DNA of 64,000 nucleotides, taken from assembly GCA_963719225.1 (NCBI GenBank), contig CAVRAY010000001.1:3456001-3520000 (forward strand). The letters run 5' to 3'. Shown in pieces: positions 42,301 to 50,968 of the stretch. Position 1 is the first letter of the stretch. Each line of letters starts with the position of its first letter. A model generated the notes under the pieces. The model ran no database searches. It saw only the letters and a program-made list of their open reading frames with translations, and was not told the DNA's origin. Source of the stretch: Thermoanaerobaculia bacterium (GTDB lineage Bacteria; Acidobacteriota; Thermoanaerobaculia; UBA5066). Position numbers and translations under genes: made by a program.

Positions 42301-42646
42301 AGTCCTTGACACCAGAAATCCGGCCGGTCCACTGGGCGGCCCGGCATTGCAGGCCGGCGCGATGCGGACGTTCGACGTGGCAACGTCCCGATGTGGTATC
42401 CCGTCCGGGGCGGTCGCAATCTCGGCGAACCTGACCGTCACGAATGTAGGTTCTCTCGGTGAACTCTTGGCCTTCGCGTCGGACGCGGCGCCGACAAACG
42501 CGAGCAGCCTCAGCTTCCGGCCGGGGCGCACCCGCGCTAACAACGCTATGGTTTCTCTCTCGAAATCGAGTGCGACGTTCTCCATCTTCAACAACTCCGC
42601 GTCCACTGTAGATTTCATCCTCGATGTGAACGGGTACTTCCAGTAG
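39374..42646 (+). CDS. Large surface protein: FIENRGQ domain, 7 SBBP repeats, Ig/PKD-like domains, conserved C-terminal PCR..DTR..DVNGYFQ domain
   Basis: Paralog of 34980-38525 over the N-terminal domain and propeller; YNWTGPNSF Ig-like domain; NGTVTAGQGT; start uncertain. Confidence 0.85.
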   Translation: MTINTGFRFRQRSFIAVARRRWVLSFGLAPVLLLATLALNCSTDLARVRPYSDLSLKPASLHEGHQPAASASEKKIAVTRVLERMPIYFIENRGQLDSRVAYYVQRGDTALYFTADGMTLVQTDQRHGENGPEGGLEKTSLVRNGMPTPEAGSRWAVKLDFVGANPSPSIQAKDPTPAIVSYFKGPKENWKAALSTYGSIIYSDLWPGIDLVYSGTANRLKYTFLVKPGADSAQVRLAYRGVHGIRLNEAGQLEIETPAGRLQDDKPYAFQEIDGRRVQIDAAYSLDPLGAAASYRYGFAIGSYDRAKPLVLDPTVLVYCGYIGGSGFDQGRSIAVDTSGNAYVTGRTGSSEPTFPVTVGPDLTYNGGGVNGNTDAFVAKVNAAGTALVYCGYIGGGDYDEGYGIAVDSSGNAYVTGVTSSTEATFPVTVGPGLTFGGGTYDAFVAKVNAAGTALVYCGYIGGSGGEQGNGIAVDSSGNAYVTGQTSSAEDTFPVTVGPDLTFNGPFGGGSDAFVAKVNAAGTALVYCGYIGGGYADAGYGIAVDSSDNAYLTGLTQSPETFPGLFPVTVGPALTYSGGEDAFVAKVNAAGTALVYCGYIGGTGLDQGTGIAVGSSGNAYVIGTTSSTETTFPVTVGPNPTYNGGPHDTFLAKVNAAGTALDYCGYIGGSGNDFGRGIAVDSLGNAYATGETTSTEATFPVMVGPDLTFNGPLGGSNAFVAKVNAAGTTLVYCGYIGGSKGGESGQGIAVDSSGNAYVTGSADSDETTFPVTAGPDLTFDGGSDAFVAKIGTSCLPRAGPLASNNGPICAGHTLQLAASPISGATYNWTGPNSFTSNLQNPTILAATSAAAGTYSVTATVGGCTSPAGTTAAVVNPTPATPVITAPANTAGGTRGLSASVVPHAGGSWFWTVQNGTVTAGQGTSQITFTAGSIPEPLTLSVMDTNASGCVSAPGIASVAIDPFGPPYLFYTVTPCRVLDTRNPAGPLGGPALQAGAMRTFDVATSRCGIPSGAVAISANLTVTNVGSLGELLAFASDAAPTNASSLSFRPGRTRANNAMVSLSKSSATFSIFNNSASTVDFILDVNGYFQ
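40320..41745 (+). repeat. Intragenic tandem repeats (~7 x ~200 bp; SBBP blades)
   Basis: Near-identical aaggtcaacgccgccggcaccgccctcgtctactgcggctacatcggcggc units; boundaries approximate. Confidence 0.85.
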
Positions 42647-42707
42647 GAGGCCATTCAGCATACCTGCGCGCACTCTGTGCCCTGAGGCATCCGCTATCCT
42701 CCTGCCC

Positions 42708-44585
42708 ATGCGAATCCTCGCCGGCGTCGCGCTCGGCGCGGTTCTCTTTTCGGGGCCGCTTTCCGGGCAGGACCTGTCGTCCGAGGAACCGGCCCCTCCT
42801 CACGTCAAGCAGGAGGTGGCGGTCGTCGCGACGCGCCTCGACATGGCGCCCGTCTCCGCCACGGTCCGCGTGGTCACGCGGGAGGAAATCGCCGCGATGC
42901 CGGGAGTCCGCGCGCTTTCCGACGTGCTCCAGACCGTACTCGGGCTCGACGTGAGAAGGCGCGGCGCGAACGGAACGCAGGCCGACATCGGGATTCGCGG
43001 CTCGGATTTCAACGGCGCGCTGCTCCTGGTGGACGGCCAGCCCATGACGGATCCCCAGAGCGGCCACCTCTCGGCGGACTTCGACGTCCCCCTCGGAGCC
43101 ATCGAGCGGATCGAGGTCCTGGCGGGGGGCGGCTCGGCGCTGTGGGGCTCGAACGCGATCGGCGGCGTCGTGAACATCGTGACGCGCGGCGCGGATCTCG
43201 GACGGTCGAACATGCAATGCGAGACGCGCTACTCGCACGGCAGCGACTCTCTCGACGCCGGCGGCTATCGCGCCGCGATGAAGATCGGAGAGTCCTTCTC
43301 GGCGGCGGTCGACTGGCAGCGGACCGAGAACGCGGGCTTCCGCGACGACACCGAGTCCGCGTCGGGCCTGCTGCGCGTCTCCGGGCGATGGGAGACGGAC
43401 GCAGGGCCCGTCACGCTCGGTCTCGGCTACGCGAACCGGAACTTCGGCGCTTACGCGTTCTACGGGACCGCGTTCCCGAACCAGCAGGAGTCGACGCGCA
43501 CGCGCACGGCCACGCTTTCCTCGACTCTCGCCCTCGGCGGCTGGACCGTGAGCCCCTCGGCTTCCGTGCGCGCGCATCACGACGACTTCGTCCTTGAACG
43601 CAGCAACCCCTCGTTCTACGAGAACCTTCACGACACGGTCAGCTCCGTGCTGCGCGCGGCGGCGCGACACGCGCTTCTCGAAGGGACGTTCGCGTTCGGG
43701 GCGGAGGCCGCACGCGAGACGATCTCCTCCACGAACCTCGGGAGCCACGGCCGCGATCACGGCGCGCTCTTCGCCGAGTTCGCGCGCGCCTGGATCCCCG
43801 GCTCCTCCTCGGCGGCGGGCTTGCGTGCGGGGCTGCGCGCCGATCTCTACGAAGGGTACGGGTCGCGGCTCTCCCCTTACGCGGGAGTCGCCTGGGACGC
43901 CGCCCGGAACCTCACCTTCCGGGCGTCGTTCGCGTCGAGCTTCCGCGTGCCGTCGTTCACGGAGCTCTACTACGTCGACCCGCAGAACATTGGCAACCCG
44001 AACCTGAGGCCCGAGAAGGCGTGGCAGGTCGAGGGCGGGGCGGTGCTCGCCGTGGGAGCCGCCACGCTCGATGCCGCGTACTTCCACCGGCGGGCGACCG
44101 ACCTGATCGACTTCGTCCGATCGTCCCCCGACGAGCCCTGGAGGTCGCGGAACGTGCGGGACGCCGTCGTTGACGGCATCGAGGCCTCGGCCGACTGGAC
44201 CCGGAGGCGGCCCGCGTTTCTGACCCAACTTCGTGTTCAGGCTGCGTACACGTTCGTCGATCTCGCGAGTCTCTCGGAGGCGGCCGACGGAGCGACACAG
44301 GGCAAGTACGTGCTCGACCCGCTCCATGCGAAATGGGACCTCCTCGCGGGCATCGCCCTGCCGCTCCGGATCTCCCTGGCCTCGCGCCTCTCTTACTTTT
44401 CACGGCCGAGCTTCGCCGACGGTGTCTGGCTCCTCTCCGCGCGCCTCTCGTGGCAGGCCTTCCAGGGGCGCATCCTCGAGTTCTTCGTGGACGGGGAGAA
44501 CCTCGGCAATGTCCGCTACGAAGAGGTCGCCTTCGTCCCCCTGCCGCGGCGCACGGTCGCCGGGGGGTTCAATCTGACCTGGTGA
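42708..44585 (+). CDS. TonB-dependent receptor (BtuB-like)
   Basis: IRGS..LLLVDG, IERIEVLAGGGSALWGSNAIGGVVNIVT, FRVPSFTELY, GNPNLRPE, terminal NLTW. Confidence 0.9.
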   Translation: MRILAGVALGAVLFSGPLSGQDLSSEEPAPPHVKQEVAVVATRLDMAPVSATVRVVTREEIAAMPGVRALSDVLQTVLGLDVRRRGANGTQADIGIRGSDFNGALLLVDGQPMTDPQSGHLSADFDVPLGAIERIEVLAGGGSALWGSNAIGGVVNIVTRGADLGRSNMQCETRYSHGSDSLDAGGYRAAMKIGESFSAAVDWQRTENAGFRDDTESASGLLRVSGRWETDAGPVTLGLGYANRNFGAYAFYGTAFPNQQESTRTRTATLSSTLALGGWTVSPSASVRAHHDDFVLERSNPSFYENLHDTVSSVLRAAARHALLEGTFAFGAEAARETISSTNLGSHGRDHGALFAEFARAWIPGSSSAAGLRAGLRADLYEGYGSRLSPYAGVAWDAARNLTFRASFASSFRVPSFTELYYVDPQNIGNPNLRPEKAWQVEGGAVLAVGAATLDAAYFHRRATDLIDFVRSSPDEPWRSRNVRDAVVDGIEASADWTRRRPAFLTQLRVQAAYTFVDLASLSEAADGATQGKYVLDPLHAKWDLLAGIALPLRISLASRLSYFSRPSFADGVWLLSARLSWQAFQGRILEFFVDGENLGNVRYEEVAFVPLPRRTVAGGFNLTW

Positions 44586-44628
44586 AAGCGAGTACACTCG
44601 CCAGCGAGACTCGCTCTCGAGTTCGCCC

Positions 44629-45312
44629 ATGCCGACCATTCTTCTTCTCGAGGGCGCGCGGAGGCGCCTGCCCGAGGGGCCGTCCTGGCTCCGGCGGAGC
44701 GACTGGAAGCTCATCGACGTCGCCACCGCGGAAGGCACCGTGCGCGCCGTCGCCGATCACCGCCCGTCCCTCCTGATCGTGGACCTCGAGCAGGATCCCG
44801 AAGGCGCTCTCGAGACCGTCCGCGCGGTTTGCGCCGACGCCGCCGCGCGCGCGGTCCCGCTCCTCGTCCTGGCGCCGGCGGAGCGCGCCGAAGCCGTCCG
44901 CGCCGCGGGAGCGGGCCACGTCTTTCCGGAAAGCGCACCCCCGGAAGAAGTGCTCGCCGAGGTCCGCCGTCTCCTCGCCCTTCTCGAGCGCCGGGCGCCG
45001 CGCGTGAAAGTCGAGGCGTCCGTCGCGATCTGGCGCGACGGGCATCCGACCGAGGGGCGCGTCACCGACATCTCCTCGTCGGGGTTCTTCACGGCGACGA
45101 GCGAGCCTCAACCGGTCGGCGCGCGCCTCGAGATCAGCTTCAAGCTCCCCCACGACCGGTCCGGCAAGACCGTGACGGGCGAGGTCATCGTCGTGCGGCG
45201 CGCCGAAGGGCCGGAGTCCGGGTTCGGTGCCCGTTTCTTCCGGCTGCCGCAGACCGCGAGCCAGCTCATCGACGACTACCTCGCACCGCGAACGAAACAG
45301 TCGAAGATCTAG
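44629..45312 (+). CDS. Receiver-like + PilZ domain protein
   Basis: RRAPR and DISSSG PilZ motifs; N-terminal degenerate receiver fold. Confidence 0.8.
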   Translation: MPTILLLEGARRRLPEGPSWLRRSDWKLIDVATAEGTVRAVADHRPSLLIVDLEQDPEGALETVRAVCADAAARAVPLLVLAPAERAEAVRAAGAGHVFPESAPPEEVLAEVRRLLALLERRAPRVKVEASVAIWRDGHPTEGRVTDISSSGFFTATSEPQPVGARLEISFKLPHDRSGKTVTGEVIVVRRAEGPESGFGARFFRLPQTASQLIDDYLAPRTKQSKI

Positions 45313-45755
45313 AGCGGACGCGCCGGCGGGACGGCCGACAGGTCGACGAGGCGGATGCCGACGCGGTCGGCGTAATCGTGGATGCGCGGCTCCCTATAGA
45401 ACTCGCCGAAGTAAACGGCGACGAGCCCCGCGTTCGCGATGAGCTTGAAGCAGTGCCAGCAGGGCGAGGCCGTCGTGTAGATCTCGCCACCCTCGATGCG
45501 GACACCGTTCATCGCCGCCTGGAGGATCGCGTTCGCCTCGGCGTGGACGGTCGCGATGCAGTGCCCGTCCTCCATGAGGCAGCCCACCTCGTCGCAGTGC
45601 GGCAGGCCCCGAAGCGAGCCGTTGTACCCCGTCGACAGAAGCCTCTTGTCGCGCACGATCACCGCGCCGACGTGCTTGCGCGGGCACGTGGCCCGGCTCG
45701 CCACCTCTCCGGCGATGTTCATGAAGTAGCGGTGCCAATCGACGCGCTCCGTCAT
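45309..45755 (-). CDS. dCMP deaminase / ComEB-like cytidine deaminase
   Basis: WHRYFM..RATC..VGAVIV..TGYNG, HAEANA, PCWHC. Confidence 0.9.
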   Translation of the reverse strand: MTERVDWHRYFMNIAGEVASRATCPRKHVGAVIVRDKRLLSTGYNGSLRGLPHCDEVGCLMEDGHCIATVHAEANAILQAAMNGVRIEGGEIYTTASPCWHCFKLIANAGLVAVYFGEFYREPRIHDYADRVGIRLVDLSAVPPARPL

Positions 45756-45760
45756 GTCGC

Positions 45761-47570
45761 TCACCAGCCGACCGGCTTCCCCTTGTTCTGCTCGTCCAGC
45801 CACTTCTGAAGCGGGGCGAAGTAGTCGCGGATCGCGCCGGCGTCCATCTGCTTCTGTCCCGTCAGCGTCGCGAGGGCTTCGGGCCACGGGCGGCTCGTGC
45901 CCATCGACAGCATCGCGTTCAGGCGGCTTCCCGCCTCCTTGTTCCCGTAGATCGAGCAGCGGTTGAGCGGGCCCTTGCAGCCCGCGATCCCCGCGAGCGC
46001 GCGATGAAACTGGAACTGGAGGATGTCCGCCAGAAAGTAGCGCATGTAGGGCACGTTGCCGGCCACGTGGATACTTCGCGCCCGGGTCGAAATCCTCCTC
46101 GCTCCGCGCCACCGGCGGCGCGATTCCCTGATATTTCCGCCGCAGCTCCCACCACGCCTCGTTGTATTTCTCCGGCGGAATCTGCCCGGAGAAGACCTTC
46201 CAGCGCCACTGGTCGATCACGAGCCCGAACGGCAGGAACGCGATCTTCTCGAGCGCCCTGTCGAGAAGAAGACCGATGTCCTTCGACGCGTCCGGCGCCT
46301 TCTCGAGGAGGCCGAGCTTCACGAGGTATTCCGGCGTGACGGAGAGCGCGATCGTGTCGCCGACGGCCTCGTGGAAGCCGTCGTTGGCGCTGTCGCGGAA
46401 GAGGTACGGCTGCTCGTTGTACGCGCGCTGGTAAAAATTGTGGCCGAGCTCGTGATGGATCGTGCTGAAGTCCTCGGCCGTGGGCTCGATGCACATCTTG
46501 AGGCGCAGGTCGTTGAGGTAGTCGATGTCCCAGGCGCTCGCGTGACAGACGACCTCGCGGTCCCGCGGCTTCACGAAGAGCGACCGCTTCCAGAACGTCT
46601 CGGGCAGCGGCGCGAAGCCGAGAGACGTAAAGAACCCCTCGCCGTACTTCACCATCTGCTGGTCGTTCGTCTTGCGGCCCTTGAGGATCTGCGTCAGGTC
46701 GTATCCGGGGTCCGCGCCGGCCGGCGCCACGAGCGGGTAGATGTTTCCCCACTCCTGCGCCCACATGTTGCCGAGGAGATGCGCGGGGATCGGACCGCTC
46801 GCACTGACGCGATCGCCGTACTTCTCGCGCAGCTTCGCGCGAACGTAGGCATGGAGGGAGAGGTAGAGCGGCTTCACCTGCTCCCAGAGGCGGTCGAGCT
46901 CCGCCTCGAAGGCTTCCGGCGGCATGTCGTACTTGGACCGCCACATCGCGCCGGTGTCGGCGAAGCCCAGCTCTTTCGCGCCCTTGTTCGCGAGCGCGAC
47001 GTACGTGATGAAGTCCTTCCGCATGGGACGCGAGATGGAGTGCCAGCCCGTCCAGGCGTCGAGGAGCTCGTCGTAGTTGCGACTCGACGCGAGGACCTTC
47101 GAGAGGTCGCCGAGGTCGCGGCACTCCTCCTTCCCGTCCTTTCCCTTGCGGCAGGATTTCCCCTTGCCGTAGAGGCCCTCCATCCGGGAGGCGATGCGCG
47201 TCAGCTGCTCGCTCTCCTTCGGGTCCGAGGGCGTCGCGAGCGTGAGCCCGTTCTTCAGGAGCCGCATCTTGCGGGCGAGCGCTTCCGGCAGCGCCAGCTT
47301 GTCGAACCGCACGGACTGTTTCGCGAGCTCGACGGCCGCGTTGATCGCGCGCTCGTCGGCCTTCGCCGCGAGAAGCTCGGTGTCCTCGGTGATGAAGTTG
47401 ATCTTCACCCAGTCCGCGCGCCCCGCCTCGACGAAGAGCTGCAGCAGGCGCCCTTCGGCGTTCGCCAGGAACGTCTCCGCCTCGACCGCAGTCGGGGGCG
47501 GCGCGGGCTGGGCCGCGGCGGGAAAGACGACGGACGCGAGGAGCAGGACGAACGTGCGGAAGCGCTTCAT
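45761..47570 (-). pseudogene. M2-family peptidyl-dipeptidase (ACE-like) with a +1 frameshift at ~46070 (real lesion or sequencing error)
   Basis: HLLGNMWAQ, CHASAWD, HHELGH, GFHEAVG, FDPGAKY; continues in another frame as [24 protein letters not shown]. There is an extra C in AAG TAT C CAC GTG. Confidence 0.85.
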
Positions 47571-47617
47571 GACGCGATCGTAGCAAGCCCCCGCCGGGAC
47601 TCAGTAAGATGCGGCAA

Positions 47618-48841
47618 ATGGACAACCGCCGCGTCGTCGTGACGGGCCTCGGGGCCGTGACGTCTCTCGGGAACGACCTCGCGTCGACCTGGGACTCTCT
47701 CGTCGCCGGGCGCTGCGGCATCGGCCCCATCACGCTCTTCGATGCCTCGGCCTTCCGCACGCAGCTCGCGGCGGAGGTCAAGGAGCTGCCCGGGGGCTTC
47801 GACCCCGCGCTCCGGCGCCGCCTCTCCCGCACGGACGTCATCGGCCTCACGGCGGCGGCCGAAGCGCTCGCCGACGCCGGCCTCGATCTGGGCCGCGAGG
47901 ATCCATCGCGCATCGGGGTCGTCCTCGGCGGGGGCGTGTCCGGGCTTCTCGACAGCGAGAACTATTTCCGCGATCTCGTCACGCGGGGGCCCCGCCGGGC
48001 ACGTCCCACGCAGGTCCTCAATCACCCGCCCGACCAGACGACCGACCGCATCGCCGAGCGCTGGGGCTTCCTCGGCCCGCGCTCGACGATCACGACCGCG
48101 TGCTCGTCCTCGGCGACTTCGCTCGGCTATGCCGCCGACCTCATCCGCCACGGTTTCTGCGACGTCGTCGTGACGGGCGGCGCCGACACGTTCGCGAGAC
48201 TGACGCACGGCGGCTTCAACGCGCTTCGCTCCGTCGACCCCGATCCCTGCCGCCCGTTCGACAGGCGCCGCAAGGGGCTTTCGATCGGGGAGGCCGCGGG
48301 CCTTCTCGTCTTCGAGGAGGAAGGCCGCGCGCGCCGCCGGGGAGCGCGGATCCGCGCCCGCTTCCTCGGCTACGGCGTCACGTCCGACGCGCACCACATG
48401 ACGCAGCCCGAGCCGACGGGCGAAGCCGGCGCCCGAACGATCAGCGCGTGCCTCGTGGCCTCCTCCCTGAACCCGGGCGACGTGGACTACGTGAACGCCC
48501 ACGGAACCGCGACCCCGCAGAACGACTCGGCCGAGACGGCGTCGATCAAGCGGGCGCTCGGGCCGCGCGCGCGGGAGATCCCCGTCTCGTCGATCAAGTC
48601 GATGCTCGGCCACTGCCTCTGCTCGGCAGGGGCCATCGAGGCGGTCGCGACCGTCCGCACGATCGAGACCGGCCTCGTGCCGCCCACGATCCACTGGGAA
48701 GAGCCGGACCCCGAGTGCGACCTCGACATCGTCCCGAACACGGCCCGGGAAGCGCGCGTCAGGATCGCGCTCTCGAACTCCTTCGCGTTCGGCGGGAACT
48801 CGACGGTCGTGGCGTTCGGGCAGTTCGAAGGGAGGGTCTAG
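47618..48841 (+). CDS. fabF: Beta-ketoacyl-ACP synthase II-like ketosynthase
   Basis: VVVTGLG, TACSSS (catalytic Cys), DAHHMT, NAHGTAT, KSMLGH, SNSFAFGG. Confidence 0.85.
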   Translation: MDNRRVVVTGLGAVTSLGNDLASTWDSLVAGRCGIGPITLFDASAFRTQLAAEVKELPGGFDPALRRRLSRTDVIGLTAAAEALADAGLDLGREDPSRIGVVLGGGVSGLLDSENYFRDLVTRGPRRARPTQVLNHPPDQTTDRIAERWGFLGPRSTITTACSSSATSLGYAADLIRHGFCDVVVTGGADTFARLTHGGFNALRSVDPDPCRPFDRRRKGLSIGEAAGLLVFEEEGRARRRGARIRARFLGYGVTSDAHHMTQPEPTGEAGARTISACLVASSLNPGDVDYVNAHGTATPQNDSAETASIKRALGPRAREIPVSSIKSMLGHCLCSAGAIEAVATVRTIETGLVPPTIHWEEPDPECDLDIVPNTAREARVRIALSNSFAFGGNSTVVAFGQFEGRV

Positions 48842-48844
48842 GCC

Positions 48845-49285
48845 TTACTTCTCGGCCGCCTTCACGATCTCGTCCGCCGTCATCGGGCCGCGCGCGAGCG
48901 TGTCGGTGTGCGTTCCCATGAATTGCCGGAACTCGAACGCCGCTTTGAGCCCCGTCGCGAGCCCCTTCTGCTTCGAGATCGCCTCGACCTTCTTGTCCAC
49001 CTCCGCCTGCTTCGCATCGTCGAGCTGAGGAGTGATCGCGACGAAGTCCCAGCTGGCGCCGTCCTGATGCACGTACCACTGCGTGGCCGGCCCTCCGGCC
49101 TCCTTCGCGACCGCTTCCTGCTTCGCCATCCACTTCAGGAACTCGACGTGCTTTCCGGCCGCCACCTGGTACATCGACACGATGTTCAAACCCGGCTTCT
49201 TTTCCTGGGCCATGGCCGCCGAGGTCCAGCCGCACACGACGAGCAAACAGGCCACGATCGACAGACATCCGATGACACGCTTCAT
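48845..49285 (-). CDS. Secreted hypothetical protein
   Basis: AAGGAG RBS, signal peptide ending AMA, Lys/Ala-rich body. Confidence 0.75.
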   Translation of the reverse strand: MKRVIGCLSIVACLLVVCGWTSAAMAQEKKPGLNIVSMYQVAAGKHVEFLKWMAKQEAVAKEAGGPATQWYVHQDGASWDFVAITPQLDDAKQAEVDKKVEAISKQKGLATGLKAAFEFRQFMGTHTDTLARGPMTADEIVKAAEK

Positions 49286-49397
49286 GGAAAACTCCTTTTC
49301 CGCTTTCGCGGGCCGCTTCAGATCGGGCCACCATGTCGCGGCAGAGACCCAGTGTCAACACCGAAAACGATGCCACCGCCCGTGTACGATCCTGTGA

Positions 49398-50501
49398 ATG
49401 CGCGCTCCCGTCATCACAGGAGAGTCCGCGGTCACCGCGCTCGGCCGGACTCTCGCCGAGACGCGTGCCGCGCTGGCCGCCGGGCGCTCCGCCGTGGCCC
49501 CGGTCGAGGACGACGGCGCGCCGCCGGCCTCCGAGCGATCTCCCGCCGCCCGCATCGGCGCATTCACGACGGAGCCGGAGCTGCCGAAGAGCAAGGCGCG
49601 GCGCCTCGATCGCGGCAGCCAGTACGCCGTCGTGGCGGTGAAGCAGGTGCTGGCCGACGCTCTCTACACCGTCGCGGGACGCGAGGAGCGGACCGGCATT
49701 CTCCTCGGCACCGGGTCGGCCGGCGTCGGTCCTCTCGTCGAGTTCGAAAGGCAGATGGCCGTCGAATCGCCGGACGCCGCGTCCCCGTTTCTCTTTCCGA
49801 ACACGGTGGCGAACGCGCCGGCCTCCCAGGCCGCGATCGAAGTCGGCATCAAGGGCCCGAACGTGACGATCACCCAGAAGGACCCGGCGGCGCTGAACGC
49901 GCTGTTCTACGCCCGGATGCTCCTCGCGGACGGACGGGCGGACGCCCTCCTCGTGGGCGCGGCCGACGAGTGGAACCTCGTCTACCACCGCGCGTACGAG
50001 CGCGTGCGCGCCACGCGCACCGGCACGCGCCCCGGCTTCGTCCTCGGCGAAGGCGCGGCCGTCGTCCTCGTCGAGGACGAGACGGCGGCCCGGGCGCGGG
50101 GAGCCCGGATCGACGCGCGAATCGCCGGCCTCGCGTCGCGCGGCGCGGCGCTCTCGCCCCAGAAGAGGCGTGCCGACCCGGCGATCCTCGCCGCCGCCAT
50201 TCGGGACGCCCTCGGAGAGGCCGGGATCGCGCCTTCCGGAATCGGCCTCGTCCATCTCTCGCGGAACGGCTCGCCGTTCACGGACGAGGCCGAGAGCGCC
50301 GCGCTCACGGACGTCTTCGGCGGCACGCCCCCGCGGCTTTCGGCCGTGAAGGACAGCCTCGGCGAAAACCCCGCGATCGGGGCGATCCAGATCGCGCTCG
50401 CGGCCGCGGAGCTGCGCGAGGACCCCGGACTCGGCGCGGTCCTGATCGACGCGTTCGGCGCGGGCGGCAACGTCCTCGCGGCGGTGCTCACGGCGCCATG
50501 A
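49398..50501 (+). CDS. Non-catalytic ketosynthase homolog (chain-length-factor-like)
   Basis: KS fold (RRLDR, FPNTVANAPA, GPNVTI, LGEGAA) with TQKDPAA in place of TACSS and SRNG / SLGE in place of the His motifs. Confidence 0.8.
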   Translation: MRAPVITGESAVTALGRTLAETRAALAAGRSAVAPVEDDGAPPASERSPAARIGAFTTEPELPKSKARRLDRGSQYAVVAVKQVLADALYTVAGREERTGILLGTGSAGVGPLVEFERQMAVESPDAASPFLFPNTVANAPASQAAIEVGIKGPNVTITQKDPAALNALFYARMLLADGRADALLVGAADEWNLVYHRAYERVRATRTGTRPGFVLGEGAAVVLVEDETAARARGARIDARIAGLASRGAALSPQKRRADPAILAAAIRDALGEAGIAPSGIGLVHLSRNGSPFTDEAESAALTDVFGGTPPRLSAVKDSLGENPAIGAIQIALAAAELREDPGLGAVLIDAFGAGGNVLAAVLTAP

Positions 50502-50965
50502 CGGCCCGGGCCTTCACGACGTCTTTCGACGTCCGCTTCCCCGAGGTGGACTCGTACGGGGTCGTCTGGCACGGCCACTACATCCTGTATTTCGAGGTCG
50601 CGCGAAACGCGCTGTGCGCCGCGTTCGGGCTCACCCCGGGAGACGCGCTCGCCCACGGCTACAAGGTGCCGATCACGAAGGTCGAGCTGAACCTCAAGAG
50701 GTCCGCGAAGCTCGACGACCGGCTGGAGGTCGCCGCCGTCCTCGCGCCGGCCGCGACGGCGAAGCTCGCGATGGCTTACGAGATCCGCCGCCTTCCCGAG
50801 CGCACGCTGCTCGCGACCGGGACGACGGAGCAGGTGATCCTGAATCCCGAGGGCGAGCTGCTGCTGACGCTCCCGTTGCCGGTGAAGACTCTCGTCGCGC
50901 GCGTGCTCGCGTTCCAGCGCGGCGAAGCGGATCCGGATCCCTCCAAGATCCTCCCGCCTCGCTGA
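50498..50965 (+). CDS. Hot-dog acyl-thioesterase (YbgC/4HBT-like)
   Basis: ATGA overlap; VRFPEVDSYGVVWHGHYILYFEVAR. Confidence 0.88.
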   Translation: MTARAFTTSFDVRFPEVDSYGVVWHGHYILYFEVARNALCAAFGLTPGDALAHGYKVPITKVELNLKRSAKLDDRLEVAAVLAPAATAKLAMAYEIRRLPERTLLATGTTEQVILNPEGELLLTLPLPVKTLVARVLAFQRGEADPDPSKILPPR

Positions 50966-50968
50966 GCT

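Noticed and set aside
27862-42707. Integrative mobile element
   Set aside because: Codon usage looks different, but no integrase, transposase, tRNA or flanking direct repeats were found; reported only as an accessory block.
45309-47570. M2 peptidase-dCMP deaminase fusion protein
   Set aside because: Explained by a single-base frameshift; the linker is out-of-frame M2 sequence.
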